Shown here: one piece after another, positions 59,081 through 64,000 of the stretch | Layout of the letters: every line of letters begins with the position of its first letter | Position numbering within the stretch: the first letter of the stretch is position 1 | NCBI GenBank assembly: GCA_910586735.1 | Contig: CAJUJW010000001.1 | Location: 19,928-83,927, forward strand | DNA length: 64,000 nt | From: an uncultured Oscillibacter sp. | Lineage (GTDB): Bacteria; Bacillota; Clostridia; Oscillospirales; Oscillospiraceae | Direction: 5' to 3' | The notes under the pieces: generated by a model | What the model was told of the DNA's origin: nothing | The model's database searches: none | Seen by the model: only the letters and a program-made list of their open reading frames with translations | Made by a program: the position numbers and the translations under genes

Positions 59081-59259
59081 GCGGGGAGAATCGCTCACAT
59101 CACACAGCGGTTTCCACTTGGCCTATTGCCTCGGCTCGTCTCTCTCCGGGCCGTAGAAATAGTCCGAGAAAAGCGTCTTGTGTGGAATAGAAGCGATTGC
59201 CGGCAAGTAGAACATTTTGGAGGCTCCCATGTTTCTGTGGGCGCCTCCATTTTTGTATT

Positions 59260-59664
59260 GCGATTTGGGGGAGTTTACAAAATACATTAAACGATTATAT
59301 TGACCCATCAGCGAAACTGGACAGCCCGTTCATTGTTCACCTTGAAGCCCGCCGCAATGATCATTTGCAGATTATAGTGATTTACCTTGCGGCTGATTTG
59401 GAGGTGACCCTCAGATTGAACTATCCGAAATTTTCGGATAGTTGTTCCTTTTTCCAACTCTGAATCCTCGAATACATTGCTGATATGATAGTTGATCGTT
59501 CGCGCGTCTACGTTATACAGTTCCGCCATCATTTTCTGAGTGAGCCAGATGTTTTCGTCCTCGTAGCGCATCTGGACTCTCTCCATACTATCGCCTGTGG
59601 AGGCTACGAAGGTGAGATATTCAGCGGCGCTGGAGCGGATGCTTATTTCATTATTTTTTATTCT
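59260..59664 (-). pseudogene. RhuM-family protein remnant
   Basis: IRSSAAEYLTF...ENIWLTQKMMAELY...HYNL..II.AGFKVN.ERAVQFR*W; stop codons, no start codon, low GC. Confidence 0.8.
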
Positions 59665-59754
59665 AGAGTACCTGTCCTATAATATTTTCAAACATAGAAT
59701 AAATCCCTGACAAGAGTAAGAACAATTTGTTCGGATCGGATAGGGCCGTTTACC

Positions 59755-60587
59755 CTAAGTGAGCCCCATCCTTGTCAGCGCTTTGGCAATTCCATCCTCG
59801 TCCCAGCGTTCGCAGATTTGACCGGCAAGTTTTTTCACCCCTCCTCCAGCATTGCCCATGGCAACGCCGGTTCCAGCGGCTCTAAGAATTTCAGCGTCAT
59901 TCATGCTGTCTCCAAAGGCGATGGTGTCGTTAGGAGAAATTTTCAAATGATCGCAGACTCGGTGCAGCGCAGTTCCTTTGTTGACACTGGCATCAGATAT
60001 CTCGCCAGGAATCCAGCACACATCCTCCGTTGTTTTATCAAACATAACAATCTTCATCTCCGATCCAAGTTCATGCCGGAGTTCCTGAGCCTGAGCGGCG
60101 TTCTTAAACAAGGTCACAACTTTATAAACAGCCAGATTTCTCTTTTCCTGAATTCGTCGATCTACCAGCATCTTTTCCGGCCTGCTCTGGTAAAGACGCG
60201 GGTTCTGGAAAACGTCCATCAAATCTGAGCTATAGTCCCGAATCTCCCCGCCAATGCTTCCATAGGTGCCTTTCGCACTTTCCACCACAAAGAATAAGTC
60301 TTTTTGGCGCAAAATATCTATTACCCGCCAGTCCGATTCCTTTGGCATAGGCTGGTTCCATATTTCTGCGCCGTTTACTACGATGCGGCCTCCCGCACTG
60401 TAGACGCCTCCATCAAAACCAATTGTCCATACGTTTTCCGGCACGTCCATTTCCAAACGTCCTGTACACAGAAACACCTTATGCCTACAACGCCGGGCGG
60501 CATGGACCGCTTCCACCGTGGAAGGTCTGGGAGGCTGTCCCGGCGCGGCGATGGTACCGTCTATATCTAAAAAATAAGTTTTCCCAT
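59755..60587 (-). pseudogene. Cof-type HAD hydrolase, frameshifted near the start
   Basis: ATG GGA AAA CTT ATT TTT TAG; a T6 tract where T7 would give MGKLIFLDIDGT; the rest (FGDSMND) is intact. Confidence 0.75.
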
Positions 60588-60748
60588 TTGAATCTCCTTT
60601 TGCCAAAACACACCAAAAGGCGTCTATCTGTTCAGACACGCGCCCTCCGATGTTTGATTTACAAGTTCTTCTGGAAAAACTCCAGCAACTGTGCGTAAGC
60701 TTCGTCCTCTGCGGGTCCCTCCGTTGTGATTGTGACCTCTTTTCCTCC

Positions 60749-62190
60749 TTAGGCCAGGTCCGCGCCGTTGGACGCAATGGCTTTCTGATACCAATAAAAG
60801 CTGTCCTTGCGAATCCGGGCGCAGTCCTTGGGGTCGTCATCAGTACGGTCCACATAAATCAGGCCATAGCGTTTTTTCATTCCGTTGGAGGTGGACAGCA
60901 GGTCCACAGCGGACCAGGGGCAGTATGCGATCATCTCTACGCCTTTATCGATTGCCCGTTTTACAGCCTGGATATGTCCCCGCAGATAGTCGATCCGGTA
61001 ATCGTCATGGATTTTTCCGTCATTCGTCAGGGTGTCGTAGGCCCCTAGGCCGTTTTCCGTAATCATCAGCGGCTTGCCGTATCGGTTGTAGAGGTCCCGC
61101 AGCATGTACTCCATGCCCACCGGGTCGATGGCCCAGTCCCAGTCGGTGGTGTCCAGGTTTGGATTCTTGCACATTTCATAGAAACCGGGATGAGTCTCAA
61201 AGCCGCTGATGTCCCCCTTTTTGCCGGAGTGGTTCACACCGCTGTAGCGAATTTCTTTTCCCTCGCCCTCGGGACACCACTTGGCGCACTCGCTGGCGTA
61301 GTAATTCAGGGCCAGGAAGTCGCTGGTTCCCCCCCGGATCAATTCCATGTCCCCCTCTTGGATAACGGGAGCAAGGCCGTGGTCCTCCAGATAGCGCATA
61401 GCGGCTTTATTGTACTCGCCTTTGAAGTAGGTATCCGTGTAGTAGTCGTTCCGCAGGGCCTGGGCGTTTTGAGCGGCCATGCAGTCCTCCGCGTGGGAGG
61501 TCAGGGGATAGACCGGCGCGTAACCCAGGGCGGAGCCCACCAGCCCTCCGGGGACCAGCTCATGGACCAGCTTGCAGGCGATGGCGTGGGCCAAGTTCAT
61601 GTGGTGGTTGATTTGATAGCGGAGCTGGTGCTGTTCCTGGAGTTCCACGGGAATGTAACACTTCTGGGTCCAGTATTGGACAATAATGCTCTGCTCGTTG
61701 ACGGTGGTCCAGTACCGGACCTTGTCCTTGAATTCGGTGATGACGTACCGGGCTTAGTTCTCAAAGTCCGCCACCACCTGCCGGTCCAGCCAGCCGCCGT
61801 ACTTCTGCACCAGGGCCCACGGAAGATCGTAGTGATAGAGGGTGAGATGGGTTCAATGCCGTTCGCAATCAGTTCGTCAATCAAGTCCCGGTAATACTGG
61901 ATGCCTTTCTGATTGACCTCGCCCACACCATCGGGGAAGACACGGCTCCAGGCGATGGAGAAGCGGTAGGCGGTGAAGCCCATCTCCTTCATCAGCGCCA
62001 CATCCTCTTTGTAGTGGTGGTACTGGTCGCTGGCAATTTCCGCCGTGGCGAAGCCGAATTGTTTGTAGCTGTCCTGGTTGATGATGTCCTGCTGGGACGG
62101 CTTTTTTCCGTCCTCCAGGGCGGCGCCCTCCGCCTGATAGGCACTGGTGGAGGCGCCCCACAGGAAGCCCTTGGGAAACGCGCCGCTCAT
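60749..62190 (-). pseudogene. GH1 6-phospho-beta-glucosidase, frameshift plus stop
   Basis: [16 protein letters not shown] and ITENG motifs; 1-nt loss at ~61845 and TAA at 61754-61756. Confidence 0.88.
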
Positions 62191-63636
62191 GCCTGGCCAC
62201 CTTTTCCGTGAATCAGCTTATACATCTCCAGCATTTCCGTGGCCATGTTGATTTCGTTGGTGATGGTCATGATCGTGTCCTGGGCGTGGATGAAAAGGAG
62301 GGAGATTTTTGTTTCCTCACCCCGCATTTCGGCCTGAATGACCTCGGTCTGACCATTGTGGGCCTCGGTGATGCTGTCTTTTGCTTCCTTCAGCTTGGCC
62401 TCGGCTTCCTCCGCCTCCTGGGCGATAACCTGGCGCTCGTAGACCTTGAAGAAGGGGAACCAGATTGCCCAGGTCAAAGCAAAGGTAAGCGCCCAGAAGA
62501 GAATGGCCCGGAAGTCGCCAGTGACCATGATGTAGCCGATGGGGGCGGGAATCTGTCCGGTAGTGACGGAGGCTGCGGGAACCGCCAGCCAGCCCAGGGA
62601 CATAACCACCCAGATGAGAATGGGGGTCACCAGGGAGTTGATCCACATAGGGATCATCAGCAGGGGATTGAATACGATGGGCGTACCAAAGACCAGGGGC
62701 TCGTTGATGTTGAAGATGGAGGGGGCGATGCAGATGCTGCCCAGAGTCTTGAGCCGGGTGGACTTGGAACGCATCATCATGACGTTCAGGGGCAGGGTGC
62801 AGCCGGTGCCGCCCAGGGTGACCAGGCTCAGCAGATAGATGGTCTCATAGCAGACGATGTAGGTGGGGATTTCTCCGGCGGCGGCCAGGGCGATGTTCGT
62901 GGCGGTGCCCGCAAGGAGAATGGGGTTTGTGAACGCGGACACAAACCAGCTGGAGATGCCCATAGAGTAGAGGACAGCCTGGACAAAGACGATCAGAATG
63001 AAGCCCGGCAGGGTGAAGCCCAGCTTCTCCAGGGGGGGAGAACAGGGCGGCAATCAAGGCGTAGATATCCAGGTCCAGGTTCGTGCTGAGAATGGTGGCC
63101 AGAAGGACCACGATGAAAAGGGGGATCATCTGGTTGATCCACTCGCAAACGAAGTCAGGGACCACCGTGCTGTTTTCCAACACATGGAGCTTGGCGTACA
63201 TGTGATAGATCAGGCCCACCAGCAGCCCGATGACGATAGCCACGAACATGCCCGAGGGGCCGAAGCGATTGCCGTCCACCAACATTCCGCTGTCGCCGAA
63301 GGAGGGCTTGCAGGCGATCAGGTAGACAATGGTGGCCGCGATGCCGCCGGTGAGGCTGTAGATGGAGTGGTCCAGCTTTTCCATCAGCTGGTTGCCCAGC
63401 AGGAACACCAGCACCAGCGCCGTCAGCTGGAAGGTGAACTGGAGCACGCCGCTGAAGTCCGGCAGGGCGGGAATCCAGGAGCGGAAGACGTTGTAGAAGA
63501 AGATCAGCGCACCGGTGAGGATGATGGGCAGGACCTTCATCATGGACCCGGACAGAGCGGCCACCCAGGGATTCCGGGCAAAGCTGTTCATCGTAGACGC
63601 AAAGGAGTTTTCCAGCCAGTTCATGATCTTTTTCAT
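62187..63636 (-). pseudogene. Cellobiose/lactose-type PTS EIIC (frameshifted) fused to the C-terminal half of EIIA
   Basis: FNINEPLVFG motif; frameshift at the C7 tract 63032-63038; then AHNGQT...IHAQD of EIIA in frame after ~62410. Confidence 0.82.
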
Positions 63637-63658
63637 AATGCTTTCTCCCCCTTCCCGC

Positions 63659-64000
63659 TTACTCAGCCATGGACCGGATCAGTTCCAGCAGACCCTTGGC
63701 GTCCAGGGCGCCATAAATCTTCGGGGGAATCGCCTCCGCTTTGAACCCGTGCTTTTCACCCAGGGCCTGAAAGTTGGGAAGCTGATTGGCGAAATAGGGG
63801 CCCAGCAGCAGGTACTCGAATTTTCCGTAATACTGGGGGACCTGGGATTCGCTGCGGGCCTCGATATATTCCATCCCGGCAGCGTCCGGCGTGAGGGGAG
63901 CGCCTTTCAGCAGGACATTGTTGCTTTTCAAACGGCGGATGATGATGCAAAGGTGCATGACCAGATTCAGCATTCCAAAGTCGTTCACGTAAAAATCGTG
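63659..64000 (-). pseudogene. PRD-type regulator fragment fused to the C-terminal half of PTS EIIB (runs off the window)
   Basis: LNLVMHLCIIIRRL (PRD-like) followed by IEARSES...LLGP...I....YGALD (EIIB) without the CxxGxS active loop. Confidence 0.65.

Noticed and set aside
60569-63038. Phase variation at the T6 and C7 tracts
   Set aside because: The tracts are short and the same operon has irreversible deletions and a nonsense codon.
1-64000. CRISPR array, tRNA or rRNA genes
   Set aside because: No regularly spaced direct repeats or recognisable RNA-gene signatures seen.

Overview
GC-rich anaerobic Firmicute chromosome. Gene content and style suggest a gut Oscillospiraceae-like clostridium (inference). 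From left to right: (1) a citrate synthase-aconitase-isocitrate dehydrogenase operon; (2) a sigma54-controlled CoA-transferase/crotonase/TRAP/4-hydroxybutyrate-dehydrogenase operon; (3) an IclR-associated operon joining a 2-oxoacid:ferredoxin oxidoreductase, a two-subunit aconitase X, two BCCT carriers, a class III CoA-transferase and a MIF-like tautomerase; (4) an MMPL transporter plus a large GLUG-like surface protein; (5) a palindromic MITE; (6) mgtE with an apparent leader-peptide attenuator; (7) decaying sucrose and cellobiose PTS loci; (8) AmmeMemoRadiSam genes; (9) a five-gene module (42.2-48.3 kb) with three unknown proteins, a ClpP paralogue and a membrane-anchor-less VirD4-like ATPase. 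Its two transcription units share the promoter layout TGTAAAWTTTACA-N20-TAYAAT. This module is the best candidate for an undescribed system. The window also carries about eight internal-deletion scars, several at short microhomologies. All calls come from reading motifs by eye; no database search was run.
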